A stretch of 64,000 bases of DNA, from the NCBI GenBank assembly GCA_030730425.1, contig JANQVH010000015.1, forward strand, positions 28,696-92,695. The letters are read 5' to 3'. This document shows positions 30,243-42,730 of this stretch, piece after piece. Source of the DNA: Candidatus Nanopelagicaceae bacterium. Its GTDB lineage: Bacteria; Actinomycetota; Actinomycetes; Nanopelagicales; Nanopelagicaceae. Each line of letters opens with the position of its first letter. The stretch's first letter is position 1. Below the pieces are notes generated by a model, which saw only the letters and a list, made by a program, of their open reading frames with translations, did not search any database and had not been told where the DNA came from. Both the position numbers and the translations under genes were made by a program.

Positions 30243-31244
30243 TCAGATTTTTTCATGAAGATAAATGGCTAACTCCCGTAGGGCTCGAGAGAGGCTGCTA
30301 CGAGAGTTGACTTCAGATAGCGTGGCATATCTACTGCGAGCTCGCTCCAAATTGGCATACTCATAGGGCATAAAGAAGTGAGGCTGATTTTCAATCTTGC
30401 TTCGAAAGCTTCTTCGAAAGAGTGGGCGGCTAGAGCTACTACTCTCCTTATTGAGAAGATAGATCACATTTAGCTCCGATGAGAACTTCTTATATGACTC
30501 CTCAAATTGCTCTAATTGATAGAGAGCGCGGCTATCTTGATGTATTACATAAATTAGATGAGCGCAGCTACTAAAGGCCTGCATAAAAAACTTCCCCTTA
30601 ACTCGTCGATCAGATACTGCCTGGTTCATTGTTGGGGCGCTTCCCACATCGATAAATACGCTCTCACCTAGCTTAGAGTCAATCTCATCAAATGAACTTA
30701 TGCTCTGAAGTGATAGCGCGCTACTTAACGAGCTTCGCATATGACTATCTCTCTCCCCCACCATCTGGGAGAGACTCTGATGAGATAAATCTCCATCGAT
30801 TAGCAGCATCTGGGCTAATTTTGAATACTCCTGCGCAGTATTTAGTGCAAGCGTTGAGATTCCTGGAGAACCATCAGAACCAGTAAATAAGACCCAAGAG
30901 TCTTTGCGAAGCGCGTTTCTGGAGAGGTCAACTTCATCATTTCCTCTTAAGGCCTGATTAGATAGTTCTAATATCTCATCACTACTAACTCTCTTGCCTA
31001 TATCAAGAATTAATATCGAAAGATTCTCATCACTTCCCCTCTTTATCTCTCGCCAATTTGCTCCAAAGTCTTTATCGGTAATTATCAAAGTTCGAACGGT
31101 AGAGGGGCTTGCGATTAGCTCTGCATCAAAATCTAGCGATGATAGAAGGCGCTTTTGAAGCTGAAAGTCATGCCTTAATAGAACTTCAATGACTTGGTCT
31201 TCAATCTGATGAGAGGAGAGTGCGGTGATTAGATTAACTCTCAC
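30243..31244 (-). CDS. CpaE/Ssd-like (MinD/ParA superfamily) protein with degenerate Walker A
   Basis: The layout has an N-terminal ~120-aa domain. It is followed by VLFTGSDGSPGISTLALNTA (in place of KGGxGK[ST]T), LLIDGDL, FIDVG and YLLNK. Both P-loop lysines are substituted (D and I). Confidence 0.5.
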   Translation of the reverse strand: MRVNLITALSSHQIEDQVIEVLLRHDFQLQKRLLSSLDFDAELIASPSTVRTLIITDKDFGANWREIKRGSDENLSILILDIGKRVSSDEILELSNQALRGNDEVDLSRNALRKDSWVLFTGSDGSPGISTLALNTAQEYSKLAQMLLIDGDLSHQSLSQMVGERDSHMRSSLSSALSLQSISSFDEIDSKLGESVFIDVGSAPTMNQAVSDRRVKGKFFMQAFSSCAHLIYVIHQDSRALYQLEQFEESYKKFSSELNVIYLLNKESSSSSRPLFRRSFRSKIENQPHFFMPYEYANLERARSRYATLSEVNSRSSLSRALRELAIYLHEKI

Positions 31245-31879
31245 CGATTTCCCACCAGAACAAAGTTATAATTTCCCATATCTTCAATCAAGCTTGGAAT
31301 TATTGGTTTTGGGACAAGAAGTGTGATTACTAAATCTCCTCCCAGAGCGCTTGCCTGGTTATCCACTTGATCTATCACTAAATCACTGGCAATCAAGCGA
31401 CTCTTAAACTTGCCAGATGTAAGGCTCTGCGAGCGCAATTCAGATTTAGTGATTCCATAGATATCAACTCTCTGCCCACTACCAATATCTTTCGGCACTT
31501 GAGTAAGAGAGATAGCGATAGGAACCTGCTTTAGCTGCTCATCAATCTGACTACTTAGAGCATAGGCCGGTATTAGCTCATCAGCTCCAATTGCTCTAAC
31601 TACAGAGCTTCCAATTATTGATACCTCTCCATCAATGTAATTTGCCGCATTACTAGGCAATAACACTTTGCTGATAACCACATCATCTGATGTGATTACC
31701 TCTCCTTGCCCAAGTTCAACAGCTGCGCTCCAAACAGTAATCATGCGGCTAGATGAATTAGAGATGACTAGAGCTGAGATAAATGAGGCAGCAATTAAGC
31801 ATCCCCCAAGAATTGTTCTTAGATAACTACGGATAGAGAAGTTAAAGGAGTTTCTTTGAAGCTTATTGGTATTTTTCAT
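31241..31879 (-). CDS. SAF-domain protein, CpaB/RcpC-like, N-terminal membrane anchor
   Basis: One TM segment (ILGGCLIAASFISALVI), then the SAF pattern VAVxxLxxGxVItxxDV..... 4-nt overlap with the downstream CpaE-like gene. The start is ambiguous (ATG 31879, TTG 31912). Confidence 0.55.
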   Translation of the reverse strand: MKNTNKLQRNSFNFSIRSYLRTILGGCLIAASFISALVISNSSSRMITVWSAAVELGQGEVITSDDVVISKVLLPSNAANYIDGEVSIIGSSVVRAIGADELIPAYALSSQIDEQLKQVPIAISLTQVPKDIGSGQRVDIYGITKSELRSQSLTSGKFKSRLIASDLVIDQVDNQASALGGDLVITLLVPKPIIPSLIEDMGNYNFVLVGNR

Positions 31880-32012
31880 AGGCAATGAATACCCAATTTC
31901 CCGCCCTTGCAACCTCCTACTTCCACAGCTAAATAGAGGCCATCAACACGCTGTGGATAAGGTCTCATCTCTTTAGAGGATAGTTAACTAGCAACTCTCA
32001 CACGATGCTCCG

Positions 32013-32540
32013 GTGATGAAAAGTGAAGCAGAACTCAACGATAAAAGTTTAGACCTTAATGATTATGACCTATTAAATCACCCAGCTTTAGAACTCTTTG
32101 AGCAAGGTAATTTTTATTCAACCCCACTCTTTGGAAGAAAAGAAAACCAGGTAAGTAACAAGCTCTATCTAATTCCCACAAGCCATGGTGAGAGTTATGA
32201 AGCAGATTTTGCTCCCACTGCCTCATCTCTTTCAGAACTTCCAAATGCTACGCGCTGGACTCTGACTTATCTAATTACTGCCTTAGAGATTATGGCAACA
32301 AGGCGTCCAGCATCGCAGGTGGCTCGCACCACTCATCGCTACACCTACAACTGCCTACTTGCTCAAGTAGGCAGCTTGAAAGAGGTACCAAAGATCAAAA
32401 GTATTAGAAGGAGCCAACCAATAGCTGGAGTGATTGAACTAAGTGCAACCTTAATATTTAAAGAGAGAATTAGAGCGCTGGTTGCGCGCTTTGAAGGAGT
32501 AGATCACAAATGGCTCTGCACTGAATTGAACCTAATTTAG
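32013..32540 (+). CDS. Rv3235 family protein
   Basis: 175 aa. ITALEIMATRRPASQVARTT ... IELSATLIFKERIRALVARFEGVDHKWLCTEL resembles the Rv3235/DUF6459 pattern. Lies next to secA (convergent, stops 8 nt apart), the neighbourhood usual for this family. Confidence 0.6.
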   Translation: MMKSEAELNDKSLDLNDYDLLNHPALELFEQGNFYSTPLFGRKENQVSNKLYLIPTSHGESYEADFAPTASSLSELPNATRWTLTYLITALEIMATRRPASQVARTTHRYTYNCLLAQVGSLKEVPKIKSIRRSQPIAGVIELSATLIFKERIRALVARFEGVDHKWLCTELNLI

Positions 32541-32548
32541 ATAAGGAG

Positions 32549-35230
32549 CTAGACAGCTCCATGGCAGCGTTTATATTTCTTTCCAGAACCACATGGGCAT
32601 GGTGAATTTCTAGATACTCCACCATTTGCTGCCTGCGGAGAGTTTGGAACCTGGCCGCTCTCACTTGGCGATGAGTAGCGAAGCTCTTGCTTTGGAGCAG
32701 CTGGAGTCACACCCTTTGCTTCAACGTGTTCATTTTCAACTTTGACTTCAACATTGAATAAGAATCCAACTAGCTCTTCTTTAATCGCATCCATCATCGC
32801 AGAAAATAGTTCGTATCCCTCTTTCTGATACTCAACAAGTGGATCTCGCTGCGCCATAGCGCGAAGACCAATTCCCTCTTGGAGATAATCCATTTCATAG
32901 AGATGCTCGCGCCACTTTCTATCTAAAACAGAAAGGAGAATCTTTCGCTCAAGTTCTCTCAGAACTTCAGCTCCTAGATCTTGCTCACGTTTTGCATAGG
33001 CAGCAAAGATGTCTTCTAAGACTTTTGCGCTAAGGAAATCATTATCTAAGCCAGTTCTGCCGCCTACTTCAGCTTCAATATCCTCGACTTTAAATGAGAT
33101 TGGATAGGTTGCTTTAAGGGCGGTCCAAAGTTGATCTAAGTCCCACTCTTCAGGAAATCCTTCATTGGTAGCTGCTCCTACATAACCGCGAATAGTATCT
33201 TCAATAAATACAGTGACCTGCTCTTTAATATCAGCGCCCTCTAAGACTTCACGTCGCTCGCGATAGATAACCTCGCGCTGACGGTTCATCACATCGTCAT
33301 ATTTGAGAACGTTTTTACGCATCTCAAAGTTCTGTGATTCAACTTGAGTCTGCGCTGATTTAATGGCATTTGTGACCATCTTTGATTCAATCGGCGTATC
33401 TTCTGGAATGCCTGCAGCGCTTAAGAAACGCTCGACAAGAGCCGAGTTAAACCTACGCATTAATTCATCTTGAAGTGAGAGATAGAAACGAGATTCACCA
33501 GGATCTCCCTGACGACCAGATCGACCTCGAAGCTGATTATCGATACGGCGTGATTCATGTCGCTCAGTTCCCAGAACATAGAGCCCGCCAAGTGCAACTA
33601 CTTCATCATGGCCCTTTGAGACTGCAGCTTTCTGTCTCTCAATCTCTGCTGGCCACATCGCTTCATACTCTTCAGGGTTTTCAACTGGTGAAATTCCTTG
33701 GCGTTGTAATTCATAATCAGCCATAAATTCTGGATTTCCACCAAGCATGATGTCAGTTCCACGACCTGCCATATTTGTTGAAACCGTAACTGCTCCAACT
33801 GTTCCTGCTCTTGCGATAATGGCTGCTTCGCGTTCATGCTGTTTAGCATTTAATACTTCATGAGGTATGCCCTTGCGCCTAAGAGCGCTGGAGAGAACTT
33901 CTGATTTTTCAACGCTAACTGTTCCAACCAATACTGGTTGTCCCCTTCGATGGCGCTCGGCAATATCGTTAGCTACAGCCTCAAACTTGGCATCCTCTGT
34001 CTTATAGACCAGATCTGATTGATCAAGTCGTTGCATGACTTTATTAGTTGGAATAGGGATTACTCCAAGCTTATAGATCTGCATAAATTCTGAAGCTTCA
34101 GTCATTGCTGTACCAGTCATGCCAGCCAACTTGTCATACATACGGAAGTAGTTCTGCAAGGTGATTGTGGCTAAGGTCTGGTTTTCATCTTTGATCTCAA
34201 CCCGCTCTTTTGCTTCAAGTGCTTGATGAAGACCTTCGCTATAGCGACGACCAGAGAGAACTCGACCGGTATGTTCATCGACAATTAAAAGCTCTCCGCT
34301 CATAATCACATAATCTTTATCACGCTTAAAGAGCTCTTTAGCTTTAATGGCATTATTTAAATAGCCAATCATTGGGGTATTTACCGCTTCATAGAGATTT
34401 TCAATACCGAGTAGCTCTTCTACCTTTGAAACTCCAGCATCAAGAATTCCAGTGTTGCGCTTCTTTTCATCAACTTCATAATGCTCACCACGGGTTAAGC
34501 GTGCGGCAATGTTGGCGAATTCTTGATACCACTTTGTTGCCTTATCAGCAGGTCCACTAATAATCAGAGGAGTTCTAGCTTCATCAATCAAAATTGAGTC
34601 AACTTCATCGACGATGGCATAGTTATGTTCGCGCTGCACACAATCAACTAGGTTCCAAGCCATATTGTCTCGAAGATAATCAAAACCAAATTCATTATTT
34701 GTTCCATAGGTAATATCGCAGTTATATTGTTCGCGCCGCTCTGCTGGACTCATTGAAGCCAGAATTACTCCAACTTTTAACCCTAAGAATCTATGGATGC
34801 GTCCCATCCACTCGCTATCGCGCTCTGCTAGATAATCATTTGTAGTAATAATGTGAACACCCAAGCCAGTTAGCGCATTTAGGTATGAAGGAAGAGTTGC
34901 TACCAGAGTCTTTCCTTCACCAGTTCGCATCTCTGCAATGTTTCCACGGTGAAGTGCTGCTCCTCCCATGATCTGAACGTCATAGTGGCGCTGTCCCAGT
35001 GTTCGCTTTGATGCCTCCCTAACCAGAGCAAATGCTTCTGGAAGAAGGTCATCTAAATCTTCTCCTTGCGCAAGACGTGATTTGAAGGTATCGGTCATAG
35101 CCCGTAGCTGCTCATCACTCATCGCGATATAAGTTGCCTCATGTGAGTTAACAAGACCAGCAATCTTTTCCAATTGCTTAAGCGCGCGCCCTTCGCCGGC
35201 GCGCAGAATCTTGTCGAGAATTGCTACCAC
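32549..35230 (-). CDS. secA: Preprotein translocase ATPase SecA
   Basis: 893 aa with a GTG start. MRTGEGKTL Walker [21 protein letters not shown]-terminal zinc finger [14 protein letters not shown]. Confidence 0.97.
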   Translation of the reverse strand: MVAILDKILRAGEGRALKQLEKIAGLVNSHEATYIAMSDEQLRAMTDTFKSRLAQGEDLDDLLPEAFALVREASKRTLGQRHYDVQIMGGAALHRGNIAEMRTGEGKTLVATLPSYLNALTGLGVHIITTNDYLAERDSEWMGRIHRFLGLKVGVILASMSPAERREQYNCDITYGTNNEFGFDYLRDNMAWNLVDCVQREHNYAIVDEVDSILIDEARTPLIISGPADKATKWYQEFANIAARLTRGEHYEVDEKKRNTGILDAGVSKVEELLGIENLYEAVNTPMIGYLNNAIKAKELFKRDKDYVIMSGELLIVDEHTGRVLSGRRYSEGLHQALEAKERVEIKDENQTLATITLQNYFRMYDKLAGMTGTAMTEASEFMQIYKLGVIPIPTNKVMQRLDQSDLVYKTEDAKFEAVANDIAERHRRGQPVLVGTVSVEKSEVLSSALRRKGIPHEVLNAKQHEREAAIIARAGTVGAVTVSTNMAGRGTDIMLGGNPEFMADYELQRQGISPVENPEEYEAMWPAEIERQKAAVSKGHDEVVALGGLYVLGTERHESRRIDNQLRGRSGRQGDPGESRFYLSLQDELMRRFNSALVERFLSAAGIPEDTPIESKMVTNAIKSAQTQVESQNFEMRKNVLKYDDVMNRQREVIYRERREVLEGADIKEQVTVFIEDTIRGYVGAATNEGFPEEWDLDQLWTALKATYPISFKVEDIEAEVGGRTGLDNDFLSAKVLEDIFAAYAKREQDLGAEVLRELERKILLSVLDRKWREHLYEMDYLQEGIGLRAMAQRDPLVEYQKEGYELFSAMMDAIKEELVGFLFNVEVKVENEHVEAKGVTPAAPKQELRYSSPSESGQVPNSPQAANGGVSRNSPCPCGSGKKYKRCHGAV

Positions 35231-35261
35231 GGATCAACCTTCCACTTGAGGTTCTAGGGCT

Positions 35262-35966
35262 CTATCGTATTAGCAGGCGGTGGGCTGACGCACATACCGT
35301 TGCTGCGCCCAAAACTGTCAGATTTCTCTCCCTTAAAGCCCAGAAAGCGCTATATAACGTAGCCCCAGTGGTCAATACATCATCTATTAGCAAGATTGGT
35401 CTTTCCATTACTAAGTCATCACTTCTAAGCCTAAAGGCGCCTGCCATATTGCTCTGGCGCGCAGTGTAGGAAAGTTCGCTCTGATCTCTAACCATCTTAT
35501 GATGGATCAAAAGTTCCTTCCAGCGCCAGCGCACTCCATTTTTATTCATCTGCAACTCTACTAATTTATCAAGGATTGGATGGAGAAAGGATTCACCTCT
35601 TCTTCTTATCGCAGATTTACTTGAAGGAATCGGAACTAGTAGAGAGCGAGAAATACTTAGCGCTGGATTATCTGATTCAAATTTCTCCAAAGCTGCACTT
35701 AGCGCAGATGCCATCCAATACTGTGCTATTCGATTTCTATTCTCTTTGGCTTGAATCACTACTCTGGAGCTTGCAACGTTATAGGCAAGAGTTGAATTAA
35801 CTGCTAAGCCTTTGACATATCGTCGCTGAATTGAAGCAAGCCAGAGCTGCTGACAATTTAAACAAAGAGATGCAAACTCATTTTGGCAGTAAATACAAAT
35901 CTTTGGAAACACTAGCGAACTTAGAGCTTGGAATATTCCTTTATCTTTATCATCATCAAATGTCAC
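35262..35966 (-). CDS. ComF family phosphoribosyltransferase-domain protein
   Basis: N-terminal Cys pairs (CIYCQ..CLNC). PRTase motif ILLIDDVLTTGATL. Confidence 0.8.
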   Translation of the reverse strand: MTFDDDKDKGIFQALSSLVFPKICIYCQNEFASLCLNCQQLWLASIQRRYVKGLAVNSTLAYNVASSRVVIQAKENRNRIAQYWMASALSAALEKFESDNPALSISRSLLVPIPSSKSAIRRRGESFLHPILDKLVELQMNKNGVRWRWKELLIHHKMVRDQSELSYTARQSNMAGAFRLRSDDLVMERPILLIDDVLTTGATLYSAFWALRERNLTVLGAATVCASAHRLLIR

Positions 35967-36012
35967 TTAGCCATTATTAGCAAGGCAAGTAAATAATTAA
36001 TCAGCTAGAACT

Positions 36013-37551
36013 TTAATATGTGGGTAACTCGCCTATGGGAACTTCAATGATTGGTTGATCTTGAGTTAAAGGAAGAGTTAAAACAAATTGTGAGCCAGCA
36101 CCTAGCTCTGACCAGAGCTGGATTTCTCCACCATGAAGATTTGCATCCTCTCTAGCAATTGATAGGCCAAGCCCAGTTCCACCTCTAATACGAGAGCGGG
36201 AAGGATCTGCTCGCCAGAAACGATCAAAGACTCGCTCGAGGTGATGGGTAGCAATGCCAACTCCATAATCCCTAACTGCTATCGAAACTGCGCTCTGACT
36301 ATCTTTAATTGTTAAATCCACAGGATTGCCTTCAGCATGATCTATCGCATTTCCCAATAGATTTCGCATAATCCGCTCAATGCGGCGAGAATCCCCATCA
36401 ATTAAGAGCACTTCTTGGGGGGCATCGATTCGAATCTTCACATCTCTTTGCTTAGCATCCATCGCTAAATCTTCAACGCAGCGATTAACTAATTTAGTAA
36501 TGTCAATTCTTGAAAGCGAGAGAGTGGCAACTTGAGCATCAAAGCGACCAACTTCCAATAGGTCTGTTAAGAGCTCTTCAAAACGATCAATCTGAGAGAG
36601 CAGAAGTTCAGCGCTCCTTGCAATAGTTGGATCAAATCCCTCTCTTGCTGCATAGATTAAATCAGAGGCCATACGGATAGTTGTCAGGGGAGTACGTAGC
36701 TCATGAGAAACATCAGAGACAAATCGCTGCTGCAATCTGGAGAGATTCTCTAGACGAGTAATCTGCTTTGCAAGAGTATCTGCCATATTATTGAAAGCAG
36801 TACCAAGCCTGGCAACTTCATCGCTTCCTTTAACTTGCATTCTCTTTAATAAGTCACCCGATGATAATTGCTCAGCCACTTCAGCGGCATACCTAACTGG
36901 CTTAATTACTTGCCTTAGGACCACTGATGCAATAACCATAATCAAGGCCATCAAAAGAAGTCCTGTGCCCCACATCGAACGACCAATTAGATCAATAGTT
37001 TGCTGTTGTGATGCAAAGTCAAAGAGGACATACATTTCATATCGACCTACAGGCTTAATATCTATGCGATGTCCAACAGCAACTCCAGCAACACTTTCAC
37101 CGTTGAAGTATTGCAAGTTGGTGCGCTGCCAATGAATCTCATCATCTCCTATGACAAGCTTTCTTAGCTCTCTTGGAATTGATGAAGGCTCTAAAAAGTT
37201 TGAAGTCGATCTTGAGGGAATTCCAGCAACTCTCTTGCCACTAGTACTAAGAAGTGCAATCTCTCGACCAGAGGCCTTGGCGCTGACATTAGTTGATTTC
37301 ACAATCTCATCAACGATTGTTTTGTAATTAGTATTGTTGTTAAGGCTGCCTATTAAGAAGCGGTAATCAGCATATTGAATTGCCGCCTCTCCTTCAGAGA
37401 TTGCTGCTGAAATCTTCTCCTCGATAATGCCGTCAGAGATGCGGTTATAGAGATTTGAGCCAAGAAAATAAATTAAAGCAATTGAGATAATGCTTGAGAC
37501 AGAGAAGACTTTTCTAAATAGAGAGGTCCGAAAGTATTCGCTTATCTTCAC
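36013..37551 (-). CDS. mtrB: Sensor histidine kinase MtrB
   Basis: Two TM segments, a HAMP domain, the H-box FVSDVSHELRTPLTTI and an HATPase (GNAIDH, DYGVGI, GGTGLGLSI). Lies directly downstream of mtrA. Confidence 0.9.
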   Translation of the reverse strand: MKISEYFRTSLFRKVFSVSSIISIALIYFLGSNLYNRISDGIIEEKISAAISEGEAAIQYADYRFLIGSLNNNTNYKTIVDEIVKSTNVSAKASGREIALLSTSGKRVAGIPSRSTSNFLEPSSIPRELRKLVIGDDEIHWQRTNLQYFNGESVAGVAVGHRIDIKPVGRYEMYVLFDFASQQQTIDLIGRSMWGTGLLLMALIMVIASVVLRQVIKPVRYAAEVAEQLSSGDLLKRMQVKGSDEVARLGTAFNNMADTLAKQITRLENLSRLQQRFVSDVSHELRTPLTTIRMASDLIYAAREGFDPTIARSAELLLSQIDRFEELLTDLLEVGRFDAQVATLSLSRIDITKLVNRCVEDLAMDAKQRDVKIRIDAPQEVLLIDGDSRRIERIMRNLLGNAIDHAEGNPVDLTIKDSQSAVSIAVRDYGVGIATHHLERVFDRFWRADPSRSRIRGGTGLGLSIAREDANLHGGEIQLWSELGAGSQFVLTLPLTQDQPIIEVPIGELPTY

Positions 37552-37563
37552 TTGGCAGAGCCT

Positions 37564-38252
37564 CTAACTTCTATTACCTGGGGCGCCTGCCTTATAGCCA
37601 ATGCCGCGAACGGTGCCGATGATGGTGGGAGTTTCGGGGTCATGCTCAATCTTGGCGCGCAGCCTTTGAATATGAACATTAACTAAGCGAGTATCAGTTG
37701 AGTGGCGATAACCCCAGACTTCACCAAGGAGAGCTTCTCTCGTAAATACTCTTCCTGGCTCTTTAGCTAGCGATACTAAGAGATCAAATTCAAGGCGAGT
37801 TAAAGGAATCTCTTTTCCTGCTCGAGTTACAGTGTGCTCCACAATATCAATTGCTAAATCACCGATTGTTAAGGTGCTAGAGATTTCTCCGCTTGCTCTG
37901 CGTAGCCTGGTTCTAATTCGCGCCACTAACTCTGATGGTTTAAATGGCTTGACCATGTAATCATCAGCGCCTGCTTCAAGCCCTCGAACAATGTCATGGG
38001 TATCACTCTTTGCCGTGAGCATCACGATTGGCACTCGCATAGAGTGTTTACGAATCTCTTTACAGACTTCAATTCCATCAAGACCAGGAAGCATGATGTC
38101 TAGCAATACTAAATCTGGCGGATTATTGCGAAATACCTCAAGTACTTCATCGCCCCTACTAACTAGGTCGACTTCAATACCTACGCCATTTAAAACGATT
38201 CCCAACATTTCGGCAAGGTCTTGATCGTCATCAACGACCATTACCGAAGTCA

Positions 38253-38253
<1 letters not shown>
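37564..38253 (-). CDS. mtrA: OmpR-family response regulator MtrA
   Basis: Receiver domain (DLVLLDIMLPGLDG, MLTAK) plus a winged helix (GTVRGIGYK). Its ATG overlaps the ahcY stop (TAATG). Confidence 0.92.
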
Positions 38254-39533
<1,280 letters not shown>

Positions 39534-39586
39534 TTAAATATCTCTCCTGATTGGTTTAGTGCTTGCCTCTGATTAGAAGGCGTAGT

Positions 39587-40975
39587 TTACCCGTTTCCTA
39601 TTAACTGCAAGACCAGATCTCGCATAGTAGCCATCTGCTCCTGGGTATCTGCCTCGACATTTAGCCTTAATAGCGGCTCGGTATTTGAAGACCTTAGGTT
39701 AAACCACCAATTTTTAGCGCTAACAGTGAGGCCATCAAGCTCATCAAAAGTTAAACCTGGCTCATAATCTTTAAAGTAAGAGTTGATCTTCTCTATCGCT
39801 TTGCCTTGATCAGCAACTGTTGTATTGATCTCACCACTGAGGCTATATCGATTAAAACTCTGCATTAGCTCTGATAGCTTCATCTGATTTTCAAGAAGCG
39901 CTGCAATTGCATGAAGAGCTGCAAGCATTCCAGAATCTGCTGACCAAAAGTCCTTGAAATAAAAATGCCCAGAATGCTCTCCCCCAAATACAGCGCCTTC
40001 AGCTGCCATCATCTGCTTTATATATGAGTGACCTACTCTGGAGCGAAGCGCTTTGCCGCCTGATTCAGTAATTACTTCAGGGACAGCTTTTGAAGAAATC
40101 AAGTTATAGATAATGGATGCGCCAGGATTTTTAATGAGTTCTCGTTTTGCAATTAGAGCAGTGAGGGCAGATGGTGATACTAGCTCTCCTTTTTCATCAA
40201 CGAGGAAGCAACGATCAGCATCTCCATCAAATGCAAGACCTATATCTGAACCTTTCTCTTTCACTAAATTTTGTAGATCAACTAAATTCTTAGGATCTAT
40301 CGGATTTGCCTCATGATTTGGAAAGCTTCCATCTAATTCAAAATAAATGCCATCAACTACCGCATTTATCTCTCGCATAACAGCAGGTGCGGTATGCCCT
40401 CCCATCCCATTTCCCGCATCAATTGCGATACGAAGCGGCCTTGATTGAAAATCTGGAGCAAAAGATTTCTCTGGAAAGAGTGAGAATAGGAATTTAACGT
40501 AATCAGCTAGTAAATCCTGGCTTCGCTCTTTTCCCATAGGGCGATTTGGAATGGGAGAGCCTTGAGCAATTGCCGATTTAATCCAACCAAGCCCTGATTC
40601 TTGGCCAATTGGCTTAGCCCCACTTCTACATAGCTTTATTCCATTGTATTGCGCTGGATTATGGCTCGCGGTGAACATTGCTCCAGGCATATTAAGCGCT
40701 CCCGATGCAAAATAAAGTTGATCAGTTGAGCAGAGCCCAATGCGAATTACATCAAGTCCTTGCGAGGTTATGCCATCTGAAAATGCGGTTGCTAAATCAG
40801 GAGATGAAGGGCGCATATCCTCTCCCACAACGATCGTTGCTGGTTCGCGCTCTTGTTCAATGAATTTAGCAAAGGCAATACCAAGTGCGAAAGTAAAGTC
40901 AGCACTTATCTCTTCATCAACTAGGCCACGAATGTCATAGGCCTTAATTACTTTATCAAGCAGCTCTTGATCCAC
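39587..40975 (-). CDS. manB: Phosphomannomutase/phosphoglucomutase
   Basis: Active-site TASHNP, metal loop FDGDADR, GGEHSGH sugar-binding loop. Confidence 0.9.
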   Translation of the reverse strand: MDQELLDKVIKAYDIRGLVDEEISADFTFALGIAFAKFIEQEREPATIVVGEDMRPSSPDLATAFSDGITSQGLDVIRIGLCSTDQLYFASGALNMPGAMFTASHNPAQYNGIKLCRSGAKPIGQESGLGWIKSAIAQGSPIPNRPMGKERSQDLLADYVKFLFSLFPEKSFAPDFQSRPLRIAIDAGNGMGGHTAPAVMREINAVVDGIYFELDGSFPNHEANPIDPKNLVDLQNLVKEKGSDIGLAFDGDADRCFLVDEKGELVSPSALTALIAKRELIKNPGASIIYNLISSKAVPEVITESGGKALRSRVGHSYIKQMMAAEGAVFGGEHSGHFYFKDFWSADSGMLAALHAIAALLENQMKLSELMQSFNRYSLSGEINTTVADQGKAIEKINSYFKDYEPGLTFDELDGLTVSAKNWWFNLRSSNTEPLLRLNVEADTQEQMATMRDLVLQLIGNG

Positions 40976-40993
40976 CTTTAAATCTTAGCGCTC

Positions 40994-41380
40994 TTACTTA
41001 TTATCGGGTATTGCTCTAAGGTGGCCACGACGACCAACTTCAGGAGTTACTGCCTTTGGCACAATATCTTCGGCAAAGCTCTGGCGAATCGCATCAGCAA
41101 TTGCTATTAAATCTTCCGGAGATGGTTCAACAATTTCTCTATCAGGATTATGTTCAATAACGCTCCAGCCTTGCGGCACTGTTAATTTTGCTGAGTGTTC
41201 TAAGCAGAGATCATAGGCATGTGGTTCAACATATGTTGAAAGTGGTCCAATCAGCGCTGTGGAGTCAGAGTAAATATAGGTGAGAGTTTTAATTGCATGC
41301 GCGCTACATCCAGAGCGCGTGCAACGTCTACCAACGGCGCTAGGGCGAGAGTTTGGCCTTGAGCTATTAGTAGATGACAT
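40994..41380 (-). CDS. DUF3499 domain-containing protein
   Basis: RRCTRSGCSAHAIKTLTYIYSDSTALIGPLSTYVEPHAYDLCLEHS..LT.P.GW matches the actinobacterial DUF3499 (Rv3258c-like) pattern. Adjacent to pmm, as in mycobacteria. Confidence 0.75.
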   Translation of the reverse strand: MSSTNSSRPNSRPSAVGRRCTRSGCSAHAIKTLTYIYSDSTALIGPLSTYVEPHAYDLCLEHSAKLTVPQGWSVIEHNPDREIVEPSPEDLIAIADAIRQSFAEDIVPKAVTPEVGRRGHLRAIPDNK

Positions 41381-41422
41381 GGCGCGAGATTAGTCTCTTA
41401 ACTCTAACTTTTATGGGATTTA

Positions 41423-42730
41423 CTAGCCGCGAGGCTGAATAACTGCGATATCAGCAACTGGTTTGGTGGCGCTTTCAAGGTTTGTACTTGGAGCGATACC
41501 GAGACGGGCAACCCCATCACCACTTTTCCAACTCATCGCTGCAACTACCGGGTTTGTACTATTGATAGTCATTAGTCGAGCATTTGGTGGAACTCGCCAA
41601 TTGACTATCTCATCGCCTCGAATCAATTCACTATTGCCTCTGCCCTGCCTATCTCTCCAGGAAATAGAGAGAATAATTCTCTCCCCTACAAAGCTCATTA
41701 CGGGTTCAAGGCCATAAATATTAAAATTCACAGTATTAAAGCTCCGACTTGGAGCGCTCCAAGTAAAGTCTGAAATAGAACCGCTCTTAACTTCGGATAG
41801 AACGGATGCAACTATTTCATTTGTTGCGTTAATTTTTAGAGCAAATGTCTTGCTACCAAAATCAACGCCACTTAAATCGATATCTGTAACTTCGCGAGCA
41901 TTTAGCGAGATCTCGCCAATTTCCACCGGAACATAGACTCCATCAGGTGAGATGATCTCAACGCTAGCGCTAGCATCAACTTCTCCAACGCTCATAAGCC
42001 TTAAGGTATGTTTGATCGAACTACTAGAGCCAAGCTTTACGGCAAGGCCTGCAATGACTAATTCTCTACTTGCCTCTGATATTGCTGGAACAAAGTCTGC
42101 GCCAATATTGCTTAAGCCGCGCACTCTTTCATCTAATAGATATGAAGTTACTCGACCACTTCTAGTCTCAACCTTTAAAACTATTCGCTCAGAACCAGGT
42201 GATAGAGAATCGATACGAACTACTTTCTCAGATGAAGCTCTAACTGTTACTGGAAGGCTCTGACTAGAGCCACTTTCAGAGTAAGCGGTGAGATCAATTA
42301 GAGCATCACTTAAACCACTATTGATCAGAATTAACTTTGATTGACTGGTGACATTAGCCGTTCCTCCAACAAACCAGTTGACAGGACCGCTGATTGTGCA
42401 GGTTGCAGCGCTCGTCCACTTGCCAGATCTGGTCATAATTACATTTGTATTTGCGACATTTCCAGCTACCAAAATAGCTCCACGATTGAGCGGATAGCTT
42501 CCAGAGCCATTCTTCTTCAGCTCAACATTTGGTTGATTGATATTTCTAATCTCTATATTTTTAGAGGCAAGTAAGGCAGTTTCTTGCGCTCCAGATACCC
42601 CAGCAGGACATGCTGTTGCTGGATATGACTGAGTAACAATAGAAGTCGAGGAGCTCTGGGGTAGTAGGTGAGCAATATGGGCAATGATGATAAAAATTAA
42701 CAGCGCAAAGCTGGCTCGAGTCTCTTTCAT
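41423..42730 (-). CDS. Secreted/anchored protein of unknown function, DUF5719-like
   Basis: 435 aa with an N-terminal hydrophobic anchor. The remainder is Ser/Thr/Val-rich and looks beta-rich. 4-nt (ATGA) overlap with the upstream GT2 gene. The family name is recalled from synteny and not verified. Confidence 0.5.
   Translation of the reverse strand: MKETRASFALLIFIIIAHIAHLLPQSSSTSIVTQSYPATACPAGVSGAQETALLASKNIEIRNINQPNVELKKNGSGSYPLNRGAILVAGNVANTNVIMTRSGKWTSAATCTISGPVNWFVGGTANVTSQSKLILINSGLSDALIDLTAYSESGSSQSLPVTVRASSEKVVRIDSLSPGSERIVLKVETRSGRVTSYLLDERVRGLSNIGADFVPAISEASRELVIAGLAVKLGSSSSIKHTLRLMSVGEVDASASVEIISPDGVYVPVEIGEISLNAREVTDIDLSGVDFGSKTFALKINATNEIVASVLSEVKSGSISDFTWSAPSRSFNTVNFNIYGLEPVMSFVGERIILSISWRDRQGRGNSELIRGDEIVNWRVPPNARLMTINSTNPVVAAMSWKSGDGVARLGIAPSTNLESATKPVADIAVIQPRG

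Noticed and set aside
36791-37135. Antisense ORFs of 100-170 aa lie inside well-supported genes. This one is within mtrB; others are at 25543-25905 in lacI, 44444-44953 and 43907-44266 in the GT2 gene, and 9773-10102 in ribBA.
   Set aside because: Each lies entirely within a gene with clear family motifs on the other strand. They lack SD sequences, have skewed (Ser/Arg/Leu-rich) composition, and match no family I recognise.
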